From the NCBI GenBank assembly GCA_963749495.1, contig CAVVMW010000022.1, forward strand, positions 96,001 through 160,000: a DNA stretch of 64,000 nt, written 5' to 3'. The notes below the pieces were generated by a model. That model had not been told where the DNA came from. It made no database searches and saw only the letters and a program-made list of their open reading frames with translations. Source of the DNA: an uncultured bacterium (GTDB lineage Bacteria > Verrucomicrobiota > Verrucomicrobiia > Limisphaerales > UBA8199). Positions within the stretch are counted from its first letter, which is position 1; every line of letters begins with the position of its first letter. A program made the translations under genes and the position numbers. Below are positions 55,101 to 64,000 of the stretch, piece after piece.

Positions 55101-55430
55101 CGCCGCTTTCCAGAGGCCAAACCAATCCTTCGACAAGTAGGGCGTCATCAACCCCGGCCGGGGATGCACCCAGACCTGTCTGACCTTCTGGCCGGCCAGG
55201 TCGCGGAGCGTCTCGCGCACCTGCCGCTCGGTGAGCATGTCGTTCCACACCCAGAGCGGGCCGGTGCTGTACTCGCGCGGCGGGTCCTTGAAGAGCGCCT
55301 TGGCCTGGGCCGATTCAGTGGCGCCGCACAACCGGCCCGCGCCCAACACACAAACTAAAATGGCCACGGCCAGCAGCCGGCCGATGGCAGAATTCGAAAC
55401 CCACAGGCCGAACGTTTGGCGAGATTTCAT
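52101..55430 (-). CDS. Large glycoside hydrolase, GH106/GH2-like, with in-frame palindromic inserts
   Basis: PLWVWN, HPRPGL.TPYLS, WIYDENSYPSGFAGG, FSDEP, LCEAYGGSGW, YPQSFSYH. Confidence 0.85.
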   Translation of the reverse strand: MKSRQTFGLWVSNSAIGRLLAVAILVCVLGAGRLCGATESAQAKALFKDPPREYSTGPLWVWNDMLTERQVRETLRDLAGQKVRQVWVHPRPGLMTPYLSKDWFGLWKAALDEAQRLGMNVWIYDENSYPSGFAGGWVPEEMPESRGRGLSFRETKTAPVWSEDLVGLYRCEGDKFETVTAKAKAGQVLPEGRYLAATEVRAASSPWFGNRWYVNLLSPGVTEKFLEVTMEAYRREIGKEFGRRVPGVFSDEPNIREAGDFAWSEVLASEFEKRWGYSLLEHLPSLNYPLGDWQKIRHNYYQVLNEQFIEHWSKPYHDYCETNHLEWTGHYWDHQWPNCVAVPDNMSMYAWHQRPAIDCLRNQYAEHTHAQFGNARMVRELSSVANQLGQRRTLCEAYGGSGWDLRFEDMKRIGDWLEVLGVNTLNQHLSYVTLRGARKGDYPQSFSYHEPWWEAYHVSAQYFARLSAALSQGEQVNEVLVLEPTTTAWMYQAAGAKLDELGKSFFDLVMALEAAQVEYDIGCEDILARHGSADSGGLKVGRRHYRTVVLPPMTENLNAKTAQLLAAFEETGGTVLSCGEPPTRIDGGLSPAGAALAGSDHWKKVQTAALPKQLRPTGLVVTRAETDGGILFHHRRRLDDGELLFLVNTSIQAPSTGTIQSDLKGVEAWNLYTGQTEAHAFAAQGQGIQTRFNLPPSGSLLLFLSTLRSSTRAEPDPARSTATEDGSRKAIRPSQPACGAEASDPPTPGHPPARRRPAAETVEVIQAGQAPEIRRLAPNVLTLDYVAVTAGGETRQGLYFYQANQFAWQKNGLERNPWDSAVQFKDELISRKFAPGSGFEASYRFQVEGDLPTNLAIVIERPDLYTITCNGQAVASTLRSSTNAPAHPARHTATEDGSTPKAWWLDKAFGKIPLASVAHTGENVVTIKASPFTMYHELEPAYVLGDFALKPADHGFVIVPDQPLKLGADWNSQGHPFYGGGVAYREHFQVGQKAGHYAVALRGWYGSVAKVSVRGRAVGYINAPPWECDVTKWIRPGENDIEVTVIGTLKNTLGPHHGNPPLGAARPINFQQAPNPGPPAGDWYSTVPYGLAEPFVLKHIAKAGLAAAQ
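52741..52806. repeat. 66-bp in-frame palindromic insert, copy 1
   Basis: ccgtcctccgtagcagtg..gtgctactgcggagggtggac following GGAC. Confidence 0.88.
53254..53319. repeat. 66-bp in-frame palindromic insert, copy 2
   Basis: Same ends and length, different middle, following GGAC. Confidence 0.88.
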
Positions 55431-55633
55431 AAGCGGGCTCACTCTGCCAGCGAGGCTGCCCCGGGAGCAAGCTCGCTTCTCTGAGAATCCTCTACTGTAT
55501 CGTCCGCAAAAGGCCCAAGTGGAGGGAGGAGCCAAACCAGATCCCACGCCGCCCCGCCATAACAGGCCCCATGAGCGTGAATTGTTTTGCAATTTCGCCG
55601 TACCCAGTTCACCATCGCCGGGAACTTGAAACC

Positions 55634-55999
55634 ATGGGTGCGCAACCCGAAAGGCGGTCCAAAGGCATCGTCTCCTGGCCGGAAGAGGAACGGCCACGCG
55701 AGCGGTTGCTCTCCCGTGGCCCGCAGGCGCTCACCGACGCGGAACTGGTGGCCATCCTCATCCGCGTGGGCTTCAAAGGCACCAGCGCGGTCGAACTCGC
55801 CCGCCACCTGCTCAAACGCTTCGGGTCACTTCGGGCGATGGTGGAGGCCCGCTTCCCCGTCGAATCCCTGGGTCGCCAGGTAATGGCGGTGTTTGTGGAC
55901 ATTTACGGCAACGAGGCCCGGGAGGTAATTGCGGCCGCGCACTTTGGGATGGCCAATGGCAACGGGGCAACGAAGCGCAGGACAGGAGCGGCGCGATGA
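55634..55999 (+). pseudogene. radC: RadC N-terminus fused to the C-terminus of a probable type III Mod-like methyltransferase
   Basis: [38 protein letters not shown] | ..[16 protein letters not shown]; junction ~55848. Confidence 0.7.
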
Positions 56000-56325
56000 T
56001 CCTGCCAGCGGATGCGGTCATTGCCAGAGCGAAGGCGGTCAGTTACCTTCTGGCGTTCCGTCGTGAAAACGACAAATCAGAGTTCCTGGCGCAAGCGGGC
56101 TACACCGCCGCGGAAGCAGACCGACTGGCGGATGACATTCGCCGGCAACTTCTGCCACGGGAAGCGGAGTTTGAAGAGACAACCGAGTATGGCGACAAGT
56201 ATCGGATTCGCGGCGCGCTCACCGGCCCCAACGGGCGGGCGTTGCCGGTCGTGAGCATCTGGATGACCGAGAGCACAACCGGAACGACCAAGTTCATCAC
56301 CCTTTACCCAGAAAGATCGGACTAA
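55996..56325 (+). CDS. DUF6883-like protein (putative toxin)
   Basis: K.VSYLL..DKSEFL..GY..YGDKY..L.GPNGR..W..FITLYP. Confidence 0.75.
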   Translation: MILPADAVIARAKAVSYLLAFRRENDKSEFLAQAGYTAAEADRLADDIRRQLLPREAEFEETTEYGDKYRIRGALTGPNGRALPVVSIWMTESTTGTTKFITLYPERSD

Positions 56326-56326
56326 C

Positions 56327-56578
56327 ATGGCTTATCAACTCTTCACGAAAGTCGCGTTAAGAGCGGACATCCCGGCGCACAAGCTGCGAGGGGGCAACGT
56401 GGCCACGATTGTCGAAGCGCATCCCGGCCGGCCGGGCCAGGAGCCGGGCTATTCCCTCGAGGTCTTCAGCGCCGTGGGCGAGACCATTGCGGTCGTCACG
56501 GTGCGCGAATCCCAAATCGAACCGCTGGCCAACAATGAGGTTCTGCACGTGCAACGGCTCGATGAGGTGCCAGCCTGA
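56327..56578 (+). CDS. DUF4926-like protein (putative antitoxin/immunity)
   Basis: VALRADIP..L.GG.VATIVE..GYSLEVFSAVGETIAVVTV. Confidence 0.8.
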   Translation: MAYQLFTKVALRADIPAHKLRGGNVATIVEAHPGRPGQEPGYSLEVFSAVGETIAVVTVRESQIEPLANNEVLHVQRLDEVPA

Positions 56579-56590
56579 CCGGACACGGCC

Positions 56591-57915
56591 ATGAGCACCC
56601 GAGGCGACCGCCGGACTTTCCGCAACGAAGACCTGATCCTCAACAAGTATTTCAACGAATTGAGGAAGCGGAACCTCATCGGCTTCGTGTCCGCAATAGA
56701 CGTCGCCATGCGCAAAGCCGCCGGCGAGAAGGAGTGAAAACCCATGTTGTGGTCACCAAGGAAAACGAGAATGGTTCCGCCAGCACACGTGTTTTTGGTC
56801 GCACGTTACATGTTGGCCTGCGTGGCTGTGTTGGCTGGCATGGTTGGGCAGGTTCGGGCGGCGACGTACGTGGTTGACCAGGCGGCTCCCGGCGCGGCCG
56901 ACACGAATCCGGGAACTGAGGAGAAGCCCTTCAAGACCATTCAACACGCCGCCGACGCGGCCAAGCGGGGCGACACCGTTTGCGTCATGGCCGGCAAGAA
57001 GGACGTGAAGGTCGAGGGCATTACGGTGACGAACACACTGAAAGGCAGATTATGACACACTTCGCAATGGAGGGCAACGGCCCGACGCGCGGCACGCTGG
57101 TGGAACATCGCGTCTGCGTGGCCAGCCCTGATTGGCTGGCCGCAGACCGGGTGGCGTTGGAGTTGATGGGAATAGACTTCGCCAAAGTGGGCTACCTGAA
57201 CTACTGCGCCCAGGCCGGCCTGGGGGAGGGCGATTTGCAGAAGATCGAGGTTGTCGGTGAATCCATTTCCAAGCACGTTAGGCGCTACAAGCTGGCCGAC
57301 AACATCGACCGGCAGTTGGTCTGGATGACGCCGCCCAAGCCGTCCTGAGAAACCGCGCACGCGCCCGAATACGATTCAGAACTTCGTGGCTCATACGGTT
57401 CACTCGTGGATTTCCACCACATCCCGGTCCCGCAGGATTTCGGTTTTGTGGACTTGCTGACCCTCGAAGCGGCTGTGGCCCCACAGCGGGGCCGAATTCC
57501 GTTGGCAGCCTCATTGAATACCCTTGCGGCCCCCCTGTCAACTGTGCGTTCGGCGCACAGTCGCAGGGCCAAGGACAAGGTCCGCCGATGCCGCTGCATG
57601 GGGCTGGAGCGCCTGGCGCAGCGATTCGGCTCGGCCAAGGCCGGAGCACTGCTGCGCGACTGGCACATCACCACGGGTCAATATTATCGAGCCAAGGTCC
57701 TGGCCGCCTTGGAGAAGCGACTCTGGCGGCTGACGTGCGACGATGCCCATCGGCAGGCCTTTCTTGTCCACTTGGACCAGTCGGTCGTTCTCTACCGGCA
57801 GTTGGCCGAACTAACCGCGCGAACCTACCTGGCCGCAACTGACATGATTACGACCTTGTCCTGGGACGCCGGTCTCAAAGCGGCCGAGGACGACTTGGCC
57901 CTGCAGAAGCGATGA
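56591..57915 (+). pseudogene. Chain of fused fragments: Res-like N-terminus, DUF1565-like N-terminus, DUF362 C-terminus, unknown pieces
   Basis: TFRNEDLIL (56591-56642); YVVDQ..DTNPGTEEKPFKTIQHAA (56744-56998); AMEGNGPT.G..AADRV..LMG (57060-57348). Confidence 0.6.
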
Positions 57916-57978
57916 CGTTGAATTGGCCCATGTGCTTCAGTCACCCGGCCTGAGCACGCCAAGCCCGAACAAACCACT

Positions 57979-58683
57979 TTACGTCCGCCTCAGCCGCGGA
58001 AACGAAAACGCGTTTTGTCCCTCGGCAACAGGGTAGGTTTCCTCCCGCCCACCATGCCGGACCAGGAGCTTGAAAGGCCCATCCGAGGCGACCGACGACT
58101 CGAGCGACGGCCTATCGCCACCTGCGGGCTCTGCCTTGAGCGAGACAACGTGCCCGTTGAATCGGAACCGTTCGACACCCAGCGGTTTCGCCGAAGCCAC
58201 CTCCCACACCAATGTGTTGGAAGCCGCGTCCGGCTTGAGGCCAATGGCAAACTCCAGGAGATAGAGGATTGGCCCGATGCCGCTCCATCCGACGAAGTCC
58301 GGTTTTGCCGGCCGGTGGAGAGCCGAGGCATCCGGGGCGTAGTTTTCCCAGACCGTCCCGGTTTTCTGAAAGACCTCACCCATGATTGCGAGGTGATTCA
58401 ACAAAACATAACCGCTGCCTGGGGCCGGTTCATGGAAGTTCTTGAATGCCAGTTCCCAGCTTTTCCAGTACATGGACACCCACTCGGGCCTTTCCTCAAA
58501 AACGGGCGACGGCAGCCGGTCGCGCATCTCGACAAATCGGGGCAGCGGCGCCGGTTGGTAGCTCTTCTTGGAAAAGTACATGCCGCGAGCCACTCCTGGA
58601 GATTCCGTCCCCGCCGCGGCACCGAAGCCCGGATGCGCAACGAAGACCAAGGCGCAGGCCAGGATCTGGAAATGAGTGTTCAT
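57979..58683 (-). pseudogene. GH63/MGH1-like hydrolase remnant with in-frame internal deletion
   Basis: MYWKSWELAFKNFHEPAPGSGYV | LNHL..TGTVWENYAP..DFVGWSGIGPI; junction ~58403. Confidence 0.78.
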
Positions 58684-58876
58684 GCCCGCGATTCTACTCA
58701 CCAAACCCTGAGGGCATCCAGTTCGACTCCTTGGCTCTGGGGACGAGAGCCGAACTCCGGGCCACCTCCGTCCTCCCTGCAGCCATGCGAATGGGCTGAG
58801 GTTGATTACCAGCGGGATGGGCTTCGGATAGATGGGCTGGCCGAAGGCCTCAAACCACGTTTCCGCGTGTCTTCTC

Positions 58877-59626
58877 CTATTCTGGCTTTGGATCTCCAGG
58901 CGCCTGGGACTGGCCGGTCATCGGCACAAACCGGACCGGCAAGACAGCGTGTCGCTCGAGCTTGTCGCCGCGTTTGCGCACCAGCACCAGCTCTTGAGCC
59001 GAGATTGGCCCCACAGGAATCATCAGGCGGCCGCCGTCTTTGAGCTGCGCGACCAGAGGTGGCGGGACCCTTTCCGGCGCGCAGGTAACAATAATCGCAT
59101 CGAACGGCGCCGCTTCGGGCCAGCCTTTGTAGCCGTCGCCTATGCGCGCATGGATATTGGTGTACCCAAGTCGCTTGAGGTCCGCGGCGGCTCGGCTGGC
59201 CAGATCCTCGATAATCTCAATCGTATAGACCTGCGCGACCAATTCGGCCAGAACGGCAGCTTGATAACCGGAGCCAGTGCCGATTTCCAGCACGCGGTCG
59301 GTTGGCTTCGGGTCGAGTTGCTCGGTCATGAAGGCGACGATGTACGGCTGCGAAATGGTCTGGTCATGGCCGATGGGCAGCGGAGTGTCCTGATAGGCAT
59401 GCGCGCGCAACCGCTCCGGCACGAACTCGTGGCGCCGCACTTTGCCCATGACCGCCAGCACACGGGTGTTGGTGATGCCGCGCTCCGGGGAGGCGAGCTG
59501 CTCTGCCACCATGCGCTTTCGAGCAAGGTCGAGGCGCTCCTCTGCGGCGACTGCCGCCCGGGGCGAGCCAATCTCAGCGACGAAGGATGCCAGCACCAGT
59601 GTTGATAGCAGTGTGCGCTTGTTCAT
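58877..59626 (-). CDS. pcm: Protein-L-isoaspartate O-methyltransferase
   Basis: QTISQPYIVA, VLEIGTGSGYQAA, GDGYKGWPE.APFDAI, VRFVPMTG. Confidence 0.95.
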   Translation of the reverse strand: MNKRTLLSTLVLASFVAEIGSPRAAVAAEERLDLARKRMVAEQLASPERGITNTRVLAVMGKVRRHEFVPERLRAHAYQDTPLPIGHDQTISQPYIVAFMTEQLDPKPTDRVLEIGTGSGYQAAVLAELVAQVYTIEIIEDLASRAAADLKRLGYTNIHARIGDGYKGWPEAAPFDAIIVTCAPERVPPPLVAQLKDGGRLMIPVGPISAQELVLVRKRGDKLERHAVLPVRFVPMTGQSQAPGDPKPE

Positions 59627-59762
59627 GGGAAGGTTCTCAGGTAAGCGGGAACAAAGTCGCGCCGCGGGCGCACGAAGCGCCCGCCACCGTCCAGCGTTTC
59701 CAAAGGGCGCTGGCGCGCTTGGGTCCGAAGCTGAGGGTTCTCGACCATTGCAGTGCCTGCGT

Positions 59763-59888
59763 TATTGCATGCCGATGGTTACAGTCCCCGTCCCGGCCGG
59801 TCCGGGACTCGCGGCACCGGCCGCGGGGCTGGCCGCCAGCCCGGCCCCAAAGATGGCGGCCGTTTTGAGCGCGTCCCGGCGGGTCATT
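59763..59888 (-). pseudogene. Orphan Tat leader
   Basis: MTRRDALKTAAIFGAGLAA..VTIGMQ*. Confidence 0.5.
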
Positions 59889-60152
59889 TGTGATTTGCGT
59901 TCGGATTGCGATGTTCTTCGAGACGTGGGCGCGCAGGCATGACCTGACCATGCCGGAAATGCGCCCGTCGCGCAAGACGAACTCCGTCTTAATGAATCGG
60001 CGCATAAGAACGATTCTTGCAGCCGCCTTCTTCCTCGAGTGGTTGAGCTTCACGCGGCCTTGCGTTCGACGCTTAGCTGCTGTCATCCCGAACGCCCCCG
60101 GCACTCTGCCAAATCGAGGCGATGAGGGTATCCCTGATCCGCAGAAATCGAG

Positions 60153-61776
60153 TCAGCGGGCCGGCCGGGAATCGAGCGTGGCAGCTCCAGCCGGCACGTC
60201 GGAGTCCAGCTCGAATGATCTCATCGCCTGGGTGAAATCGTTCGCGGCTTCGTGAAGGTGGGCCGTATGGCCCCCGCCCACCACGGCCCAGGTCTTTGTT
60301 CCGGCCAGCGCGCGGCAACCCTGGACGAGGCTCTCGCGCACGTTGTGAAACCGGGCCACCGGCTGGTCGCTGCCTGGAGGTTTGGCCACGAACATGCGCA
60401 GGTCTGCGTCGGCCACATCGTCGAGCACCAAAGCCGGCCGTCCTTCGGGCTCTTCATAGGCCAGGTAGATACCGTCGAGCGCCAGGTTGTCCGCGTGGCG
60501 GCAATACAAACCGTAGGCAGGCAGGTCGCCAAACCGGCCCGCGTCCGGATACTCACCCTCGCGTTCGGGCACGGGGCGAGCCGCCAACTCGGCTTTGCCT
60601 CCACCTCGCGTGGTCACCCGGAGATTTCTCAGCGTCAGACCGCTCACTGGAAATCCGGGAACGCCCATAATGGACGAGGCCCAAGTCGCGCCGGTGGCCA
60701 CGATGTCGCTGATGGAGACGTTGCGCAGGTGCTGAGGCACGGGTTTTGCCTGACCTCGGCCTCGGTTGCCCAACCGCACGAAAACCGGCGCGCACACGTC
60801 ATGCATGACGATGTTGGACACGGCGACTCGCTCCAGGTCGGCGCCGTCCACAAGTCTCGAGGGAAAGCCCTGAATCGGCCCGGCGCCCCGCCCACCGCGA
60901 GGGATCACTAAAGACGCTGCAGTTCTGGAACAGGATGTCCTTGAAGCCGCCGCTGCTCTCGGTGCCGAGTTTCAGGGCGTTGCACGCGGTGCTCAGGACG
61001 CAATTGGTGACCATCACGTGTTCGGTGGCGCGCAGATACCCCAGGGAGGGGCTGGCCTTGGGGACGATGGCATCATCCCAGGATTCCACGGAACAGTTGG
61101 CAATGCGGACGTGGCGGCAGCAATCGGGATCGATGCCATCGCAGTAGCCGTTGCGAATAGTGACTCCCAGGATGTCCACGAAATCGCAGCCCAGCAGGCT
61201 GATGTTGTAATTGGGCGCGTTTTCGATCGTCAGATCGCGCACCAGGATGTTGCGGCAGAGTTTGAGCGCGATGGGCTTGGGCCCGCCCCGTTTCTTCCGG
61301 GCCATGTCGATGCGCCCGGGGCCCAGGATGGCTATGTCCGCAAGGTTGCGCCCGCGAATGAGGGCATAATTGAAGTCGGTGGTTTCCTGGTCCGAAAAGG
61401 AGTTGTAGTTCAAGACTTCGAAGTCGTCGAAATCAGCGCGCTCCGGCGCCGCCACGAGCGTCGCGCCGTTTTCGAGTTGGAGGGTCACATGGCTGCGCAG
61501 GCGGAGGGTGCCGCAGAGGTATTGGCCCGGCGGGAAATAGGCGCACCCGCCGTCCCGCCCGGCCGCCTCAATGGCGCGTTGGACGGCGCGAGTGTCCCTG
61601 GCCTGCCCATTGCCTTTGGCCCCGAAGCGGCGCACGTTGAATAAAGCGCGCTCTGTGCGGCTAAGGTGGACGCCGGCATAGGAGCTCCCGGCTTGGAGGA
61701 AACCGGCGGCCAAAAACGGCAGGCGCGCCATGAAGGCACGGCGGTTCAGTACCTGTGTTCCTGGGGATGTGAGCAT
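60153..61776 (-). CDS. GH28 polygalacturonase-like protein, Tat-exported, +1 frameshift near 60853
   Basis: FGAKGNG..DT.AVQRAI, DGIDPD, DDAIVPK, KLGTES; LET(t)VDGA join. Confidence 0.88.
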
Positions 61777-61800
61777 CGTGGTGCATGAACGCGGAACCTA

Positions 61801-64000
61801 ATGAGCCGGCCACACGGAGGCAAGCATCCGGAGGAGATGAACCAGGTCGCAAACGGCGGGAGCATAAAGATCAAGTCCTTCGAGCAGTTCGGACTGGTGG
61901 ATTTTGACGTGTCCGCCCTCAGAGGGAAGAAGATCAAAGAGGCCAGGCTTTGTGTGAAGCCTGCCGGCGGCCACAGGTTCAATCTCAACGATGGAACCGA
62001 CCTCACGTGGCTCTCCGTGACCACCGTCAGCGAGGATTGGGACGCCGCGAGGGCCTGCGCAAACCGCAGCGGAATTCGGGACGACTGGGGCTGGCCCGGT
62101 GCGAAGACCTTCGACGTGGCCTGCGGCAACGGCAATACCCTGAGGTGCAATGCCCGGCTCGTGAGCGAGGGCGGGGTCCACAGCCTGCCGCTCGATACCG
62201 CCCTGGTGAGGGCGCTGGTTACTGGGGCGTCCTATGGTCTCTTCATCATGGATGGATCCACCCACTACTCAATGAACTGCAGAATCCAGAACCCCTGCCT
62301 TGAGGTCGTGCTGGACAGCCACGAGGAGGCCACGCAGGCCGCGCCGACGGAATTCCAGGTGGCGCCCGCCCCTAAGTGGGCCACCGCCGAACTGGGGGCA
62401 TTGCAGATCAGCACCAAAGCGCCGGCAGGGGCCTTCGCCTACAACATCAAAGTGAACGGCACACCCGTTCAGCGCTGGCAGATTCCGTTTGCGATACCAG
62501 GCACACCGCAGACATTCAACCTCGTTGACCTTCCGCCTGAGACCAACGCCACGGTGGAGGTTGAGGCGGTGAACGCGGCGGGAATCAAATCAGCCGCGGT
62601 TAAGGCCAAGGGCAGGACGAGTTCGCGGTTGATCGTCCCGCAGGTGCCGGCCGTGGAGTTTCAGCCGAAGAGCGGCGAGCCGAAGCCCCTCGGCAACGCG
62701 AAGGTCTATGCCTTCCCGGAAATCACGAAGATCGATCCCACCACGGGCAAGGTCCTGCACGAGCCGATGGAAGACGTGAGCAGGAAAAACCCGGTCTGGG
62801 ACGGGGCGTCAGGAGTGGTCCGGCTTGCGGCTGCGCGCGCCGAGATTGTCAGTTTCCAAATCGGCATCAACGGCCCAGTCCACGATGCCAGGATTGAAGT
62901 GTCAGATCTCGCCGGCCCTGGAACGATTCCCAACACCGGCGTCAAACTGTGGCGCAACTGGTACGTGAACCGACAGTCGGAATACGCCCTGCCGTGGGCC
63001 GGCACCGTGAGCTGTCCCATGCCGGACAACCGCATCAACGGGCAGATGCATCAGGCGGTGACGGTGGATTACCATATTCCCAAGGAGGTGAAGCCTGGCG
63101 AATACTCCGGCAAGATTACGCTAAGCGCAGGCGCCAGCAGCGCCACCTTGCTGCTCAAGATGAGGGTGTACAGCACCGTCATTCCCGACGATATTTTCTT
63201 CAACCCCGAACTCAACTGCTACGGCGGCCCCGGCGAAGCAGGCAGCCCACAGTTCTTCAACAGTTACATGCTTGCCCACTACCACCGGTGCACGATCAAT
63301 CGGGTTCCCTATACGCAGGGCGGCAAGGTACACACCGACTGGGCGCCGACCGTCGACGATTCCGGGAGGGTGACCGGTTGGGCGAACTTCGACCGGAACC
63401 TTGGCCCGCTGCTGGACGGATCGAACTTCAAGGAGAACCCGCGCTCGGGCGTGCCGGTCCCGACAATGTACCTGCCGCTGTTCGAGGGATGGCCGTTGAA
63501 CTACCAGAAATACTACGACCCGGGCCCCGGCATTGCCAAAGGGAGCAGAAACCAGGATGACTACGTCAAGCACCACATCCTGGCCAAGCCCATCGACGAG
63601 GCTATCAGCCAGCAGTTCAAGGACGCTTGGACGACCTGCGCCCGTGAGTTCTACCGCCACGCTCAGGAGCAGGGCTGGAACCGAACGGTCTTCGAGTGCT
63701 ACCTGAACAACAAACCCAATTACGGATACACCTCCTGGACACTGGACGAGCCGAGCATCTACCGGGACTGGGAGGCGCTCGAATTCTTCGCGGGGATGTG
63801 GAAGCAGGGCATCAACGACCCGGAGGTCTATACGCCGAAATGGATGGAAGACCTTTATGCCAGGGGATTGCGCGGGATGAGCCGCGGCAGGCCCACGTTC
63901 CTGTTCCGCGGGGACATTTCACGCATGAACTGGCAGGGCAACCTCTCGGACGGCCTGATGACCATCGTGTACGCCGGTGGCGGCGGGTTCGACTTTTTCC
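61801..64000 (+). CDS. Large hypothetical glycoside hydrolase-like protein (GH123/DUF4091-like), N-terminus probably missing, runs off the right edge
   Basis: Frame checked at intervals and apparently open to the end: FDVSALRGKKI, AARAEIVSFQ, PGEYSGKITL, WTLDEP. No signal peptide and only 24 bp from the divergent GH28 start. Confidence 0.7.
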   Translation, partial: MSRPHGGKHPEEMNQVANGGSIKIKSFEQFGLVDFDVSALRGKKIKEARLCVKPAGGHRFNLNDGTDLTWLSVTTVSEDWDAARACANRSGIRDDWGWPGAKTFDVACGNGNTLRCNARLVSEGGVHSLPLDTALVRALVTGASYGLFIMDGSTHYSMNCRIQNPCLEVVLDSHEEATQAAPTEFQVAPAPKWATAELGALQISTKAPAGAFAYNIKVNGTPVQRWQIPFAIPGTPQTFNLVDLPPETNATVEVEAVNAAGIKSAAVKAKGRTSSRLIVPQVPAVEFQPKSGEPKPLGNAKVYAFPEITKIDPTTGKVLHEPMEDVSRKNPVWDGASGVVRLAAARAEIVSFQIGINGPVHDARIEVSDLAGPGTIPNTGVKLWRNWYVNRQSEYALPWAGTVSCPMPDNRINGQMHQAVTVDYHIPKEVKPGEYSGKITLSAGASSATLLLKMRVYSTVIPDDIFFNPELNCYGGPGEAGSPQFFNSYMLAHYHRCTINRVPYTQGGKVHTDWAPTVDDSGRVTGWANFDRNLGPLLDGSNFKENPRSGVPVPTMYLPLFEGWPLNYQKYYDPGPGIAKGSRNQDDYVKHHILAKPIDEAISQQFKDAWTTCAREFYRHAQEQGWNRTVFECYLNNKPNYGYTSWTLDEPSIYRDWEALEFFAGMWKQGINDPEVYTPKWMEDLYARGLRGMSRGRPTFLFRGDISRMNWQGNLSDGLMTIVYAGGGGFDFF

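Overview
High-GC bacterial DNA. Gene content (sulfatases, Tat-exported glycoside hydrolases, ADOP-type permeases, an extended ECF sigma factor) suggests a Verrucomicrobiota/PVC organism; this is an inference. The first ~15 kb is mostly ordinary chromosome: rimO, a GT2/nucleotidyltransferase-kinase/phosphotransferase cluster, an MFS transporter, two convergent sigma-70 genes, an Rrf2 regulator with a clear operator, infA and an arylsulfatase. From ~15 to ~62 kb, intact genes (sulfatase, nitrilase, gdhA, aldo/keto reductase, ThuA, a beta-helix/LamG protein, a GH106-like hydrolase, pcm, toxin-antitoxin-like pairs) alternate with many broken ones. These are hollowed out (N- and C-termini joined), fused to unrelated genes, or locally inverted and scrambled. 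The window also has many non-autonomous repeats. REP-like palindrome doublets are wrapped in several different IS-type terminal inverted repeats, some with target-site duplications and some nested up to four deep. Short palindromes are inserted in frame in proteins, and there are heptamer arrays. Scattered single-base frameshifts and recurrent Asp->Asn changes at CGA sites may be long-read errors. No rRNA, tRNA, CRISPR array or reverse transcriptase was seen. Family calls come from motifs recognised by eye, not from database searches.
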